Origin: Octopus bimaculoides
Lineage: Eukaryota
Assembly (NCBI RefSeq): GCF_001194135.2
Contig: NC_068987.1
Coordinates: 12,889,234-12,953,233 of the forward strand
Length of the DNA: 64,000 nt
Reading direction: 5' to 3'
This document shows, piece by piece, positions 37,810 through 51,825 of this stretch. The notes beneath the pieces are model-generated. The model was not told where the DNA came from, did not search any database, and saw only the letters and a list, made by a program, of their open reading frames with translations. Position 1 is the first letter of the stretch. Every line of letters begins with the position of its first letter. A program made the position numbers and the translations under genes.

Positions 37810-38120
37810 TTTAATGTACCAGTTGAGCACTGTGGTCGTTGTAAACGACTGGCCGTTCCCCTAAAATTGCTGGCCTTGTACCAAAATGTGAAACCTTTAT
37901 TTAAAGTAGCATTGAAGCCGTGAACTAGAGAACCGTTAGCGTGCCAGGCAAAATGCTTATCGGCATTTCGTCCATCTTCACTTTCTGACTTCAAATCCTG
38001 CCGTAGTTGTCTTCGCTTTTCATCCTTTCGTAGTTGATGAAGTGACTGCCAACTCAATGCTTATTGTAATCGACTAGCTCCTCCCCCAAAATTACTGGCA
38101 TTGTACCAAAATTTGAAACC
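37810..38120 (+). mobile_element. SINE family A: tail fragment plus full unit in tandem
   Basis: Two tails ending ttgtaccaaaat(g/t)tgaaacc. Confidence 0.75.
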
Positions 38121-38480
38121 ATTATTTAAAGCAGTACCTGTTTCGAGTGTCACTCTTAAACACGAATTATTGCGTATTATCGTACTTCCGCAAATACTCA
38201 TAGAAGAACCTACATTAAAATGTTACACTGAATGTTATGATAGAAACTTTACTGTGAAAATTATTACGATATCACATGACTATATTTATTAATATGTCCA
38301 TCATTTTGAGTTAGATTTGGTTTTTTTTTTTTTGCTTATTTTTTCTCATTCTTATATTCTTATTTTTCCTCCTCCACCTATTTCTCATCTCCATCGTAAT
38401 TGAGTGAGAGAGCAGTGACATTGAGGTACAAATATATGAAGCCCAACATACACATCATCATGGCTACCCGTCTGATTAGG

Positions 38481-38972
<492 letters not shown>

Positions 38973-39373
38973 ACTCTTGTCGAGAAACAACAAAACATAA
39001 ACACAACAAAACTGTTTTTTTTTAAGTTCCAGGTAGGTTAAAACGATAATAATGTTGAGTGTTAAGGTTTGCCTCTAAGCAAGCTTTCCTGTTTGTGAAA
39101 TACACACCAATGCATCAATAGTCATATTTGGTTATGAGAATAAACTCGTATACCAACACGTAACATGTCATCCAACTAGAATTGATTGTCTTGATATCCA
39201 AATGATATAGATAACGTTAGTCTTAGCACTTTTCCGTATAATTAGATGTAATAAATATCAAAAACAAACACGAAAATCAAAAGAAAAAACATAAATTATA
39301 TTTCGGTCTAGTGTAATTCTCTCCTTTCCTTATTTCTGTATATCATTTCAATCTTCCTTTTATTTCTTCCTTT

Positions 39374-39423
<50 letters not shown>

Positions 39424-39507
39424 NNNNNNNNNNAAGATATATGCACGCACACCAACACGCACGCATACACAAAGAAATATACAAACATACGTGCATTTAT
39501 GCATAGA

Positions 39508-40145
39508 GGTATGGCTGTGTCGCAAGAAGCTTGCTTCCCAACCACATGGTTCCGGGCTCAGTCCCACTGTGTAGCACCTTATGCAAGTGTCTTCTACGAT
39601 AGCTTCGGGCCGACAAAAGCGTTCTAAGAGNNNNNNNNNNNNNNNNNNNNNNNNNNNNNNNNNNNNNNNNNNNNNNNNNNNNNNNNNNNNNNNNNNNNNN
39701 NNNNNNNNNNNNNNNNNNNNNNNNNNNNNNNNNNNNNNNNNNNNNNNNNNNNNNNNNNNNNNNNNNNNNNNNNNNNNNNNNNNNNNNNNNNNNNNNNNNN
39801 NNNNNNNNNNNNNNNNNNNNNNNNNNNNNNNNNNNNNNNNNNNNNNNNNNNNNNNNNNNNNNNNNNNNNNNNNNNNNNNNNNNNNNNNNNNNNNNNNNNN
39901 NNNNNNNNNNNNNNNNNNNNNNNNNNNNNNNNNNNNNNNNNNNNNNNNNNNNNNNNNNNNNNNNNNNNNNNNNNNNNNNNNNNNNNNNNNNNNNNNNNNN
40001 NNNNNNNNNNNNNNNNNNNNNNNNNNNNNNNNNNNNNNNNNNNNATATATAAATATATATATATATATACAACGGGCTTCTTTCGGTTTCCGTCTACCAA
40101 ATCCACTCACAAGGTTTTGGTCTAATGACTGAAACAAGTATAAGA
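39508..40145. mobile_element. SINE family B fragments either side of a gap
   Basis: Plus-strand head at 39508-39630; minus-strand piece at 40068-40120. Confidence 0.7.
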
Positions 40146-40178
40146 AAAAAGATATATATATATATAATAAAAAATAAC

Positions 40179-40416
40179 TGCGCCCTTTTAAAGCCTGGCC
40201 AGGCTCATGGGCCCGGTTTCCCGGTTTCAATGGCGTATGTGTTCCCCAGCTTGACGGGACGCCAGTCCATCGCAGCATAACTTCTTTTTGCCAGATGAGT
40301 AAACTGGAGTAACGTGAAATGAAGTGTTTTGCTCAAGAACACAACGCGTCGTCCGGTCCAGGAATCGAAACCACATTCTCACGATCATGATGCTGACACC
40401 CTAACTACTAAGCCAT
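40179..40416 (-). mobile_element. SINE body C plus tail Y
   Basis: Near-identical in structure to 13892-14137. Confidence 0.85.
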
Positions 40417-40694
40417 GTTTGAGGACGGATAACATCCAGAAACCTAGGTCTGTGAGTATCACGTAAAACTAGAGATGGGAGCAATGACCTTTCTTGCAAA
40501 TAACATATACTTACACAAACTGTGTCGATAGTTAGCTGGAAAAGATTTTTCCTGAGGCTAAAGCAAAAGTATATGGTGCAGTGAATAGATTGTCGTCTAA
40601 ATTACGCTAAAATGAAAATAACACTGACATCTCATTTCAACCGATATATTTACCAAATTCACATCAAAATATCCCGAATTACTAAAGTGTAAAT

Positions 40695-41328
40695 TTATTC
40701 AAAAAATTTGCCACTGGATTCAACCATGGCCTCCAGATAACTTCGGAATTATTTGCAACTCTTCTGGACAGTCTCCTTGTTTAAGTTGGTGAATGCTGAC
40801 AATCTTTGCCTTCAGTTCATTTTTTTGCGTTACAAGGAGTTTTGTTGGTTTCTCACTCAACTGCGCCCCACACATAATAATGAAGGGGGTTGCAGTCTGG
40901 GGAGTTAGGTGGCTAGGTATTAGGAGTGATGTGGTCGCAGAAATTATCTGACAGCCATGACTGGGTTCTCCTGCTTGTGTGGCGTGGCGCAGAGTCCTGT
41001 TGCCTGACATAAGGTCTTCCAGTAGCCACCCTCTTGACCTAAGGCATCTCTACCTCCTCCAGGCACATGATGTAGGACTCTGCGTTGAGTCTGGGGCCTT
41101 GTGGGAAGATGAATGGAGGCATAACGTCACCATCACTAGTGACCACTCCAAATACTATGATGTTGACTGGATGTTTGATTTTTATCACTCTCGGTACATG
41201 TCCTCAGATTGCACTGTCCTTAGATTGACACCCAAACACTCTGAAATGTTCATATTGGAGATCCCGGTGCGGATGCCAAGCAGTACAGTATGTCATTTCC
41301 AAATTTCTGGCTTAGTGAATTGCGTCAT
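40695..41328 (-). pseudogene. Internally deleted maT-type (D37D spacing) Tc1/mariner transposase
   Basis: MTQFTKPEIWK*HTVLLGIRTG...RTVQ joined to VPRVIKIKHPVNIIVFGVVTSDGDVMPPFIFPQG...QQDSAPRH...PPNSPDCNPLHYYVWG; 37 residues between D and the last catalytic position, here H. Confidence 0.85.
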
Positions 41329-41574
41329 GGTGCTTTTTTTTCTCACAGACGGTGCCCAACTGGCCCTACTATACTGTGTAGTCGACAGATCATGTATGTA
41401 TGCACATATATATGTATGTATACACACACACTCACACACAAGCATATACTGACAATACAGGTGAACATGTATGTAAATTCTCTCACACAGACATATTTAT
41501 GTACCAATACATACGCGCACTCACATACATACTCGCACACACACGGCATTGTCTGTGTGTGCGCGCGCGAGAGA

Positions 41575-41611
<37 letters not shown>

Positions 41612-42529
41612 NNNNNNNNNNNNNNNNNNNNNNNNNNNNNNNNNNNNNNNNNNNNNNNNNNNNNNNNNNNNNNNNNNNNNNNNNNNNNNNNNNNNNNNNN
41701 NNNNNNNNNNNNNNNNNNNNNNNNNNNNNNNNNNNNNNNNNNNNNNNNNNNNNNNNNNNNNNNNNNNNNNNNNNNNNNNNNNNNNNNNNNNNNNNNNNNN
41801 NNNNNNNNATATATATATATATACCTAGTTAGCTTTCTTGTTGGTTGTCTATCTGTCTCTCTGTCTATGTGCCCATCTGTCTACCTACCCTACCATCTAT
41901 CTATCTATCTATCTATCTATCAGTTTATCTATCTACCTATCTATCTATTCATACTGGTTATATAGCCCAAGGTTAATGTAAGCAGTAAACGCCAGATAGC
42001 GAACTATACGTATCGAATAATTCTTAAGTGTTTACTCGAACTCAGTTCTCTCCAATTAAATGTTCACATGCAGCTCGTGAAAATCTTTTCTTCTTTTTTT
42101 CTTTTTTGGTTCTTTTTTCTTCTTTTCTCATGTTTTATCGTCGTAAATACAGTGAGTCCGTGAAGTCACGGTGGCTTTCAATCTTGCAACAAAACTACAC
42201 GGTGTGTTAAAATCCCACTATGGCTTTACAGACACACTGCATATATCTGTAATTGTGTTTTGTTTTTTCTTTCAGAAAATTTATTGAGCTGTGGAATTTG
42301 AACTGGATTAGAATTAAGAGACCGTAACAATGTAAATAATTACCTGTATTATTTTTGCTACCTGAACGTTCGCACGAACCGAGAAAATCTGAGTAACGTA
42401 CGGATGAAATATCATCCTCTTCCGAGTAGCATTCCATAGCATGTATTGTGTATGTTTATTCGCGTTTGTAAAACCAAATTTAATATATATATATTATACA
42501 TGCATATATGTATGTGTGCGTATTTTATT

Positions 42530-42585
42530 TTTTATCCTTTACTTGTTTCAGTTATTAGACTGCGGCCATGCTGGGGCACCGCAAA
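42530..42585 (-). mobile_element. SINE family B tail fragment
   Basis: cctttacttgtttcagt...gactgcggccatgctggggcaccgc. Confidence 0.75.
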
Positions 42586-42587
42586 AG

Positions 42588-42703
<116 letters not shown>

Positions 42704-42739
42704 ATATACAGACCGGAATTTATGCCAAGCTACTTGTGA

Positions 42740-43420
42740 ATACAGATATTTTTTACCGCATCGTCACTGGCGATGAAAAATTATGTCTTTACATCCGTAT
42801 GAAGCAGAGGAAACAATTGTTGAAGCCCGACATGTAAGCAGCAACTCGAGTCAAACCAGAACTGCATCTACGTTAAACGATGATTTACGTTTGAACATTT
42901 AGTGAGTTGGGAAGTGTTAATCTACTACGAAATGCTTGAAAGCAACCACAGGGATCAATGAAGTGTTTTACATTTGGCAAATGCACTGACTTAAGAAGCA
43001 ATTCAACTAAAGTGATCCGACCATCTACATGATGTGCTTCTTCAACACGACAACACTCACCCCTACGTCGCTAACTTCACCAGAAATGTTGTTCAAGAGC
43101 TCGGTTGAGAAGTTGTACCGCACTCGCCGTATTCTCCTGACATATCGATTTCAGATTACCATTATTCCGGTCGATCTCCAACTGTCTGCAAGGTGTTTCG
43201 TTCAACAACGGCATGGTGCTGAAAACAGGACTCAATGAATTCATCGAGTCAAGACCCGGTGATTTCTACCTCCAAGGCATTGACAAGCTAACGGAATGTT
43301 GACAAGAAACCGTGAACAACGAAAAATATATCATTGACTGATTTGTCAAAATTGTTGATGAAAAATAAGCATTTAAAAAAAATGGAGGAAAAACGAACGA
43401 ATTTAACTGACTATCCAATT
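42740..43420 (+). pseudogene. 5'-truncated mariner (DD34D) transposase with probable 3' TIR
   Basis: YRIVTGDEK...LQHDNTHPY...PHSPYSPDISISDYH (34 residues between the last two D), with stops and frameshifts. The end acgaacgaatttaactgactatccaat resembles a mariner TIR. Confidence 0.9.
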
Positions 43421-43679
43421 AATAACAAGCAAATAATATAGATATGCCAGGAGTGAAGTGTAGGCAGGAAATTAATGTCTAAATTAATGAAGAGGAAAGC
43501 TAAATAGGATGGTACTCCGTGTAAAAAAGGTGAAATCAAACAAGATGCCTGATGAATCACGTAGATTGTAAAAGATGGCATCATTAGGTTATTAATTAAA
43601 AACATTATGGTGACAAGTGATAACAGATTCGATATGTGGTTCTGAGTGAGTCTAAACAAACCGTAGAAGAAAATATAGT

Positions 43680-43815
<136 letters not shown>

Positions 43816-44106
43816 TTTCTGAAAGTACTTTATGGATATAAGTATTAGGAAGACATGTGGTATACAAAAATAGATGACTTACGAAAGCTCTAATAAATAA
43901 TTATTACCGTAGGCATAAGTAGAGATTAATAATGTTGAAAGTTTCAAGTTACTGGTAAATATGTGAGAGTATCTGTATAGAAGTAGTTAAAATAACAGAG
44001 AGGACCGAAGGAGAAGATGTGGCCTCATTACCTAGTTCCGTACAGAGCAAATTACATATACATTTGTATTATATAAATTTTAACATACAAATGTATATTA
44101 GGTGTA

Positions 44107-44409
44107 AGTGAAGGTGTGTGGCCTAGTGGTTATGATGTTGCACTCATGATCGCTAGATCGTGGGTTCGATTCCCAGACTAAGCGGCACGCTGTGTTCTTG
44201 AGCTAAATACTTCATTTCATGTTGCTCCAGGCCACTCGGTTGTAAATGGATGACATTACAACAGACAAGCTTTCCGATCAGTTGGGAATGTTGGCCCGCT
44301 CGTCTAGCCAGTGGGGTAGCATCATTCGAAAGCTAAAACGATGCGCAGCATATTGTGATCAGCAACGTATAACTGCAGCCGAAAGTCTGATCTATCACGT
44401 GATCACGTG
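44107..44409 (+). mobile_element. SINE body C plus tail Z, with 12-bp TSD
   Basis: tRNA-like head and body C, a distinct tail ending tcacgtgatcacgtg, and TSD atattaggtgta at 44095-44106 and 44410-44421. Confidence 0.85.
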
Positions 44410-44785
44410 ATATTAGGTGTAGCGGCATTTGTATATGGAACTACGTGGATGAGAGCTGTTACAAGAAAAAATATATCATATAACCTATAGGATAAGGAAA
44501 ACGTTTGTAATGTCTAAAGTTTTAAATCTTTTAGGGACACAGGATAAAATCCACTGATAAGATTATTCTTAAGGGGAAGGACATATTCTCCTTGTCACTT
44601 CGAGAAAATGCACATTCGATCATAATGTAGTTCAAATTTTATCTAAACAAATGTTCTAAATTCCTCAATTTTGATATCAAAAACTACTATACCTCCATCA
44701 CTAAGTTATTACATATAACAGGGTGCATCAGGTTTTTGAGGATACTTTTTACAAAAGCACTTTCTTCTTACTTTCCAGATAAATA

Positions 44786-45800
44786 ATGTCTGACATCAAG
44801 TTGACTCGGCAAACGAAAAGGCACGCTGTAATCGTTGCTTTAAAAGCACTGCAAAGTGATACAGAGATAGCTCGCTTCCTGAAAGTTACTTGATCCTTCG
44901 TTGTCAAAGTTCAAAAAGAGCTGAAAAATACTGGCGGGAATCCAACATCAGCAGCTAAACACAAAACGCATACACACGTGCCTAATACCATCAGAACACA
45001 TGACTTAATACAAAATGTCCAAGAATTAATCGATAAAAACTCCAGAAAGTCAATCAGAGCTATTGGAAAGGAACACAGGGTTTCAGAATGCATCACCAGA
45101 AGAGGTATGCATGAGGACATCCGCTACATGTCGTATATGACGTGGGGGGATCAGTTTATGTTTGTTGTGAGCAGAAAGAATCGTTCGATCCGTGCAAAGT
45201 GCTTGTTAAACAAGTTATAACACTAAGAGGCTGGAATGCTTTGGGAGAAAAACTTCGACCAAGACCAAAAGTTAAACGGAAGGAAGGGCAGCTGATTATA
45301 CAGAAACCTGAATTAAAATCCATCGGTCATGCATACCATGTTCTAAGTCATTGTGATGGTTCTAGGAGACGTCAGTAATGAGTGGGTTGTCACGCCTCCT
45401 CAATGTTGTTTTACATGGCTTAAGAGTCAATGCCGCTGTCTTCACAGAGATCTTGAAAAAGTTAAGAATATGCAACAGAAGACGGTATGTCTTCCAAGAC
45501 TCTGCGCCGTCTCATATACCTAGGACAATCCAAACGTGCATGCGTGCCAATTTTCATGATCATGTTCTTCCAGACACATGGCCTCCTAACTCACCAGACC
45601 TCAATCCACAGAACAATTACATATGGTACACAGTCAAGAGAGAGGTCAGCCAACACCCCTATAACACAATACAATCTCTCAAGCCTGCCATAAACAGCAC
45701 TATGTCCAAAATTGATAAAGCTCATATGATTCTGATATGTCAATGCTTCCGACCCTATACTGAAGCAGCCATTGGTGCTAACGGTGGTTTCATTGAATAA
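44786..45800 (+). pseudogene. Decayed maT-type (D37D spacing) Tc1/mariner transposase
   Basis: MSDIKLTRQTKRHAVIVAL...EIARFLKV...KSIRAIGKEHRVSE...KNFDQDQK...VFQDSAPSH...WPPNSPDLNPQNNYIW...AIGANGGFIE*. First catalytic D deleted, last D is N, spacing 37. Confidence 0.9.
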
Positions 45801-46018
45801 GTGCGATAAAAGGATTCTCAACATCATTTGTATCAATTTGCTTTCAAATACAGCTTTTCCTTGATTATCTATGCGTGGGTTTCTTCTTTTTTTAATTCAT
45901 ACAATTGACCTCAAAATACTTATTAATATTTCTACTTCTGTTTAGTATTAGTTTTTGCATGTCATCCAAACTCCAGAAATATATTCATCTGAATACATTT
46001 CGAGGTTCCTCATTGGCC

Positions 46019-46341
46019 TGGCATTCTGTCGGTTACAACGACGAGTGTTCCAGTTGTTTCGATCAACAGAACAGCATGCTTGTAAAATCAATGTGCAAGT
46101 GGCTGAGCACTCCACAGACACGTGTACCCTTAACGTAGTTTTCAGGGAGATTCAGAATGACACAGAGTGTGACAAGGCTGGCCCTTTGAAATACAGATAC
46201 CACTCGTTTTTGCTAGCTGAGTGGACTAGAGCAGCGTGAAATAAAGCGTCTTGCTCAAGGACACACCGTGCAGCCGGGAATCGAACTCATGACTTACGAT
46301 TGCGAACCGAATGCCCTAACCATTAAGTCACGCGCCGTCAC
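46019..46341 (-). mobile_element. SINE body C plus tail X
   Basis: Same structure as 9-324. Confidence 0.85.
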
Positions 46342-46673
46342 TGAAATTCCTTCTTTGTGCACAGATGGCTTTCCTTTTCAATATGTTTTCATGCTACTTC
46401 GTATTTCTTTTTCCTAACCACTTTCTAAGAATATATTCAGGTTGTCGAGACAGAAAGCAGGTGCAAAATACCTTTCTGCATTAATGGAGAGAGTTGCGAG
46501 GTCGGTTAGGTACTTGTCGGAAACAACTGTACTTTTCTAAAAGAAGTTATGAATTTTTAACTCATAAGTATACACCCAACAGAAATAACACAAGATGCTA
46601 TCACCGCGCGTGGGAGCAGTCGTATTACATAACATATATGTTAAATCAATGTTATTATTTAAATGCAAGTAAG

Positions 46674-47100
46674 GCGGTGAGCTGGCAGAATCGCTAGCAC
46701 CCCGGACAAAATGCTTAGCGGCATTTCGTCCGCCATTACGTTCTGAGTTCAAATTCCGCCGGGGTCGACTTTGCCTTTCATCCTTTCGGGGTCGATAAAT
46801 TAAGTACCAGTTACGCACTGGAGTCGATGTAATCATTTTAACCCCTTTGTCTGTCCTTGTTTGTCCCCTCTATGTTTAGCCCATTGTGGGCAATAAAGAA
46901 ATAAGAAACGTTAGCATGCCGGGCAAAATGCTTCGCGGCATTTCGTCCGCCATTACGTTCTGAGTTCAAATTCCGCCGAGGTCGACTTTGCCTTTCATCC
47001 TTTCGGGGTCGATAAAATAAGTACCAGTTACGCACTGGGGTCGATGTAATCGACTTACCTCCTCCCACCAAAATTTCAGACCTTCAGCCTATAGTAGACC
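46674..47100 (+). mobile_element. SINE family A dimer (tail A2 unit, then tail A1 unit)
   Basis: Two near-identical bodies with different 3' tails, joined directly. Confidence 0.9.
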
Positions 47101-47262
47101 GGATTATTTAACTGTTACTTTAAAAATATAAGCATAACATTTACTTATGGGATGGCTTAATAGGGAGACGAGAATCAAATTTATTGCATAAACTTAAGCT
47201 TTTTAATATAATGTAATGTGTGTATGTGTGTGTGTTATTTTCAATTGGTAGAAAGTTAGAAA

Positions 47263-47356
47263 AGTGGCTCAAGGACTGAGAGTTTCGTTCATGGCACTTT
47301 TCAAACTGGAGTCAATTTCATGGGGACCATGTATGAAACTCGGTCCTTGAGCCACT
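47263..47356. repeat. 94-bp hairpin (about 30-bp imperfect arms)
   Basis: agtggctcaaggactgagagtttcgttcatgg ... ccatgtatgaaactcggtccttgagccact. Confidence 0.75.
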
Positions 47357-47591
47357 ATCGTGACTCTCTGCTGATCAAAAATAATAAAAATACATAGAAG
47401 CTCATATACTGAGTTCTGTTTTCTTCTCGAAACTTCTCCGCGTGTGTGTGTGTCTGTCTGTCTGTCTGTCTGTTTGTGTATGTGTGTGTCTGAAGCTAGA
47501 TAGACAAAGACAGACGAACAGGCAGGCGGACGGGCGGACGGACGGACGAGCAGACAGGCAGACAGACACATACACACACACGCACACACAC

Positions 47592-47592
<1 letters not shown>

Positions 47593-47662
<70 letters not shown>

Positions 47663-47665
47663 TGC

Positions 47666-47722
<57 letters not shown>

Positions 47723-47729
47723 GGCAGAC

Positions 47730-47780
<51 letters not shown>

Positions 47781-47790
47781 CAGATAGACA
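47593..47790. repeat. Compound (ATAG)n(ACAG)n(ATAG)n microsatellite
   Basis: Direct reading. Confidence 0.95.
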
Positions 47791-48812
47791 GATGTAGCGC
47801 CAAACATTCGTCGCATTGATGAAGAGACATCTCAACGGGTATTGTTTTTTTTTTAAACCCGCAGATTCCAAAGATTGTATTTTCTACTCCGTAAAGAAAT
47901 GGCATTGCCCAACTGCCGATCAAGTTGAACGAACACGGGAATGAGTGTTAAACAGAATTAGTGTTCCATCGAAAACCAGAATAGAAGATTATGTTTGCAA
48001 ACATACTTGGTTGTAAGCAGGAGGCATCCACGTTATGTATTTGTACAGCTGCAGTCAGGTATATTTTCATCAAATGACACATTACTGCCTTACCTTTCGT
48101 TATGTACGCATACAAACATATACATACATACATACATGCATATACACATATTTATGTTTATATATATATANNNNNNNNNNNNNNNNNNNNNNNNNNNNNN
48201 NNNNNNNNNNNNNNNNNNNNNNNNNNNNNNNNNNNNNNNNNNNNNNNNNNNNNNNNNNNNNNNNNNNNNNNNNNNNNNNNNNNNNNNNNNNNNNNNNNNN
48301 NNNNNNNNNNNNNNNNNNNNNNNNNNNNNNNNNNNNNNNNNNNNNNNNNNNNNNNNNNNNNNNNNNNNNNNNNNNNNNNNNNNNNNNNNNNNNNNNNNNN
48401 NNNNNNNNNNNNNNNNNNNNNNNNNNNNNNNNNNNNNNNNNNNNNNNNNNNNNNNNNNNNNNNNNNNNNNNNNNNNNNNNNNNNNNNNNNNNNNNNNNNN
48501 NNNNNNNNNNNNNNNNNNNNNNNNNNNNNNNNNNNNNNNNNNNNNNNNNNNNNNNNNNNNNNNNNNNNNNNNNNNNNNNNNNNNNNNNNNNNNNNNNNNN
48601 NNNNNNNNNNNNNNNNNNNNNNNNNNNNNNATATATATATATATATATATATATAAAGATTTCGCTTAAGCATAGATATACTTATAAGCTGCTGTCAGAA
48701 CTCAATATACACATGCTTCATGCTTCAGAATAATGTATTAAGCGAGTGCAGGATGTAATATGAAATTAAAGGAACGCAATGGAAAATTAATTACGTAACT
48801 GCATTAGCTTAC

Positions 48813-48987
48813 AGCTGTTTCTGCTATAGAATGCAGTGCACTCAGAGCTGAGCACTTGTGTACTGAGTACTTTATAGCTTCCGCTGCGTGCACTGAGTTC
48901 TAACAGTGCTAAATTGCCATCCAAAAGCACAACTTCAATAGTCAAATGTGTAGTCACTTCACCTGTAAACTTCCTTCCCTTCGTCCA
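48813..48987 (-). CDS. Candidate internal exon
   Basis: Donor GTAAGC, pyrimidine-rich acceptor region, open frame WTKGRKFTGEVTTHLTIEVVLLDGNLALLELSARSGSYKVLSTQVLSSECTAFYSRNS. An alternative acceptor at 48962 gives 150 nt. Confidence 0.3.
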
Positions 48988-49074
48988 CTGGCTCAAGAGT
49001 GAAAGGACTGAGAGAGGAGTCTATGTTCACTCGCAACAACACAGCCACCTAAACCAGTTAGCAAAAACGTTATA

Positions 49075-49237
49075 TGGCGCATGAGTGGCTGTGTGGTAAA
49101 TGGCTTGCTTACCAGCCACATGTTTCTGGGTTCAGTCCCATTACGTGGCACCTTCGGCAAATATCTTCTGCTATAGCCTCGGGACGACCAAAGCCGTATG
49201 AGTGGATTTGGTTGATGGAAACTGAAAGAAGCCTGTC

Positions 49238-49301
<64 letters not shown>

Positions 49302-49372
49302 NNNNNNNNNNNNNNNNNNNNNNNNNNNNNNNNNNNNNNNNNNNNNNNNNNNNNNNNNNNNNNNNNNNNNNN

Positions 49373-49418
<46 letters not shown>

Positions 49419-49575
49419 TCCTCCATCCACGCTTGACAACCGATGTTGGTTCGGCAAAAGAGAGCGATAAGTTAAGTACTAGGCTTACAAAGAATAAGTT
49501 CTGGGGTCGATTTGTTCCACTGAAGGAGGCGCTCCATCATGGCCTCAGTCACATGACGGATACAAGTATAAGAAT
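49075..49575 (+). mobile_element. SINE family B with internal (TA)n(TG)n
   Basis: Head to tail present around a small gap. Confidence 0.85.
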
Positions 49576-49985
49576 AAAAGAATGTTACCAAGACATACTC
49601 GCTCGCAAGTGACGGCTGGCTCTAGTTTCATGTATGTGTGTTTGTATTCGTGTTTGTGTGTCTGTGTCTGTGTGTGTATGTGTCTGTGTGTATGCCTGTG
49701 TGTATGCCTGTGTGTATATGTGCGTGTGCATATGCGCGCGTGCTGCGTGTGCGTGCAAAGAGATCAAATGAAGCCGTGAACAGTCTGCCGCGCATACAAG
49801 CTGAAGAGTCAGTAGTTCGTACCATATCATCAGTACTGCATTAACATTTCTTCTCCAGCATTCCTTAACCTACTACATGTATATGTGTGTGTATGTGTAT
49901 GTGTGTGTGTGTGTGAGTGTACGTATATGTATGCATATATGCATATGTGTATGCATATATATACATATAAATGCTTACACACGTA

Positions 49986-50026
<41 letters not shown>

Positions 50027-50837
50027 NNNNNNNNNNNNNNNNNNNNNNNNNNNNNNNNNNNNNNNNNNNNNNNNNNNNNNNNNNNNNNNNNNNNNNNNNN
50101 NNNNNNNNNNNNNNNNNNNNNNNNNNNNNNNNNNNNNNNNNNNNNNNNNNNNNNNNNNNNNNNNNNNNNNNNNNNNNNNNNNNNNNNNNNNNNNNNNNNN
50201 NNNNNNNNNNNNNNNNNNNNNNNNNNNNNNNNNNNNNNNNNNNNNNNNNNNNNNNNNNNNNNNNNNNNNNNNNNNNNNNNNNNNNNNNNNNNNNNNNNNN
50301 NNNNNNNNNNNNNNNNNNNNNNNNNNNNNNNNNNNNNNNNNNNNNNNNNNNNNNNNNNNNNNNNNNNNNNNNNNNNNNNNNNNNNNNNNNNNNNNNNNNN
50401 NNNNNNNNNNNNNNNNNNNNNNNNNNNNNNNNNNNNNNNNNNNNNNNNNNNNNNNNNNNNNNNNNNNNCAGTCTGCCGCGCATACAAGCTGAAGAGTCAG
50501 TAGTTCGTACCATATCATCAGTACTGCATTAACATTTCTTCTCCAGCATTCCTTAACCTACTACATGTATATGTGTGTGTATGTACGTACGTGTGTCTAC
50601 GTACATGCGTATACTGTAGATACAGAGAAATCACCATGCACTAACGGCAAACCTGACAACGTAATTGCATTGGCGGTATAGTCAATTTATTGTTCAAAGG
50701 TTACCTTGGGAATAGGATACGTTATCTTGAGCTAAGCGACATTAGATCATTCAATCATTGGAAACTAGTATTGTTCATGAAACCCCGCTCCGCATGACTC
50801 AATTACTTTGACCACTCCTATGGAATAGCTCAATATA

Positions 50838-50964
50838 CAGGGTGTCCACAAAGTCTGGGTACATGGGGATTAACACATACTTTAAGAAATTAATATTCCT
50901 TATGTTTAATTGCTTATGTTAGGATTTTACTTATTCCATGTACCCAGACCTTGTGGACACCCTG
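50838..50964. mobile_element. 127-bp Tc1/mariner-type MITE
   Basis: TIR cagggtgtccacaaagtctgggtacatgg / ccatgtacccagaccttgtggacaccctg with TA on both sides. Confidence 0.9.
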
Positions 50965-51049
50965 TAGTTGTCTTTGCTGACGGTACCACTGTAATCTGTT
51001 GAATAAAAGTGACGCTACAATACTTTTAGTGAATCTAAACTCTAGACTC

Positions 51050-51330
51050 GTGGAGGCACATGGCCTAGTAGTTAGAGCAGCGAACTCGCAGTCGAGGGAT
51101 CGCGGGTTCGAGTCTCACACCGGGCGATGTATGTGTTTATGAGCGAAACACCTAAGCTCCACGCGGCCTTCTGGCAGAAGGTAATAGCGAACTTCTGCTG
51201 ACTCTTTCGCCACAACTTTCTCTCACTCTTTCCTCCTGCATCTAGCAGTTCACCTATACGCCAATGAAACCATGAAACCGGCTCTCATGAGCCAGGCATG
51301 GCTCGAGAAGGAACAAACGGCAACAACAAA
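51050..51330 (+). mobile_element. SINE body D plus tail Y-like end
   Basis: Body as at 58797-59182 (aacacctaagctccacg...caactttctctcactct), but it ends atacgccaatgaaacc...gaaaccggctctcatgagcc. Confidence 0.8.
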
Positions 51331-51825
51331 ACTAAACTCATGGCTGGATGAAGACCCATAGACCCCCAAAAACTTAAAAGATTTTGGTGACCACATATAT
51401 ATATAATCCAACATTTACACGGTGACCATATATATATGTAACCCAACATATAAGCCGTAACGTAATTTTTTTGTTTTTCAAAATAAAACAAAAACTAACA
51501 GTAAGATGGATAATAATGTTTATTTTTGTATACTTTCGCTTTATTTATATTTGGAAAGTTTTCTTTTTTTAATTGCAAAGTCTTTGATCAGAGCCCCACT
51601 ATGATACCATGCATACTACGTAATCATTTTTCCGATAATATAAACCACTTCGAATATTATTTTTTGCACAGGGTTTGAGGTATAATGAGCAGATGAAAGG
51701 AAGAGAGAGACAAGTGCTCGAATGAAGTTGTACAAAACAAGCAAGTTCCGAGGGGCAGCAACTAGGATAGAAGCGTTAAAAAACGACGGTGAGTGAGAGA
51801 AGACTGTACGTCTGTGGGTCGGATG

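Noticed and set aside
49790-49830. Minus-strand TGATGA...CTGA, like snoRNA C/D boxes
   Set aside because: Boxes are only 14 nt apart, too short for a C/D snoRNA.
51050-51125. tRNA genes at SINE heads (also 44107, 59110-59182 and others)
   Set aside because: A and B boxes are present but cloverleafs are incomplete and run into SINE bodies.
51355-51615. Possible DNA transposon end with two ggtgacca-(TA)n-ccaac units
   Set aside because: No matching second terminus or TSD could be found.
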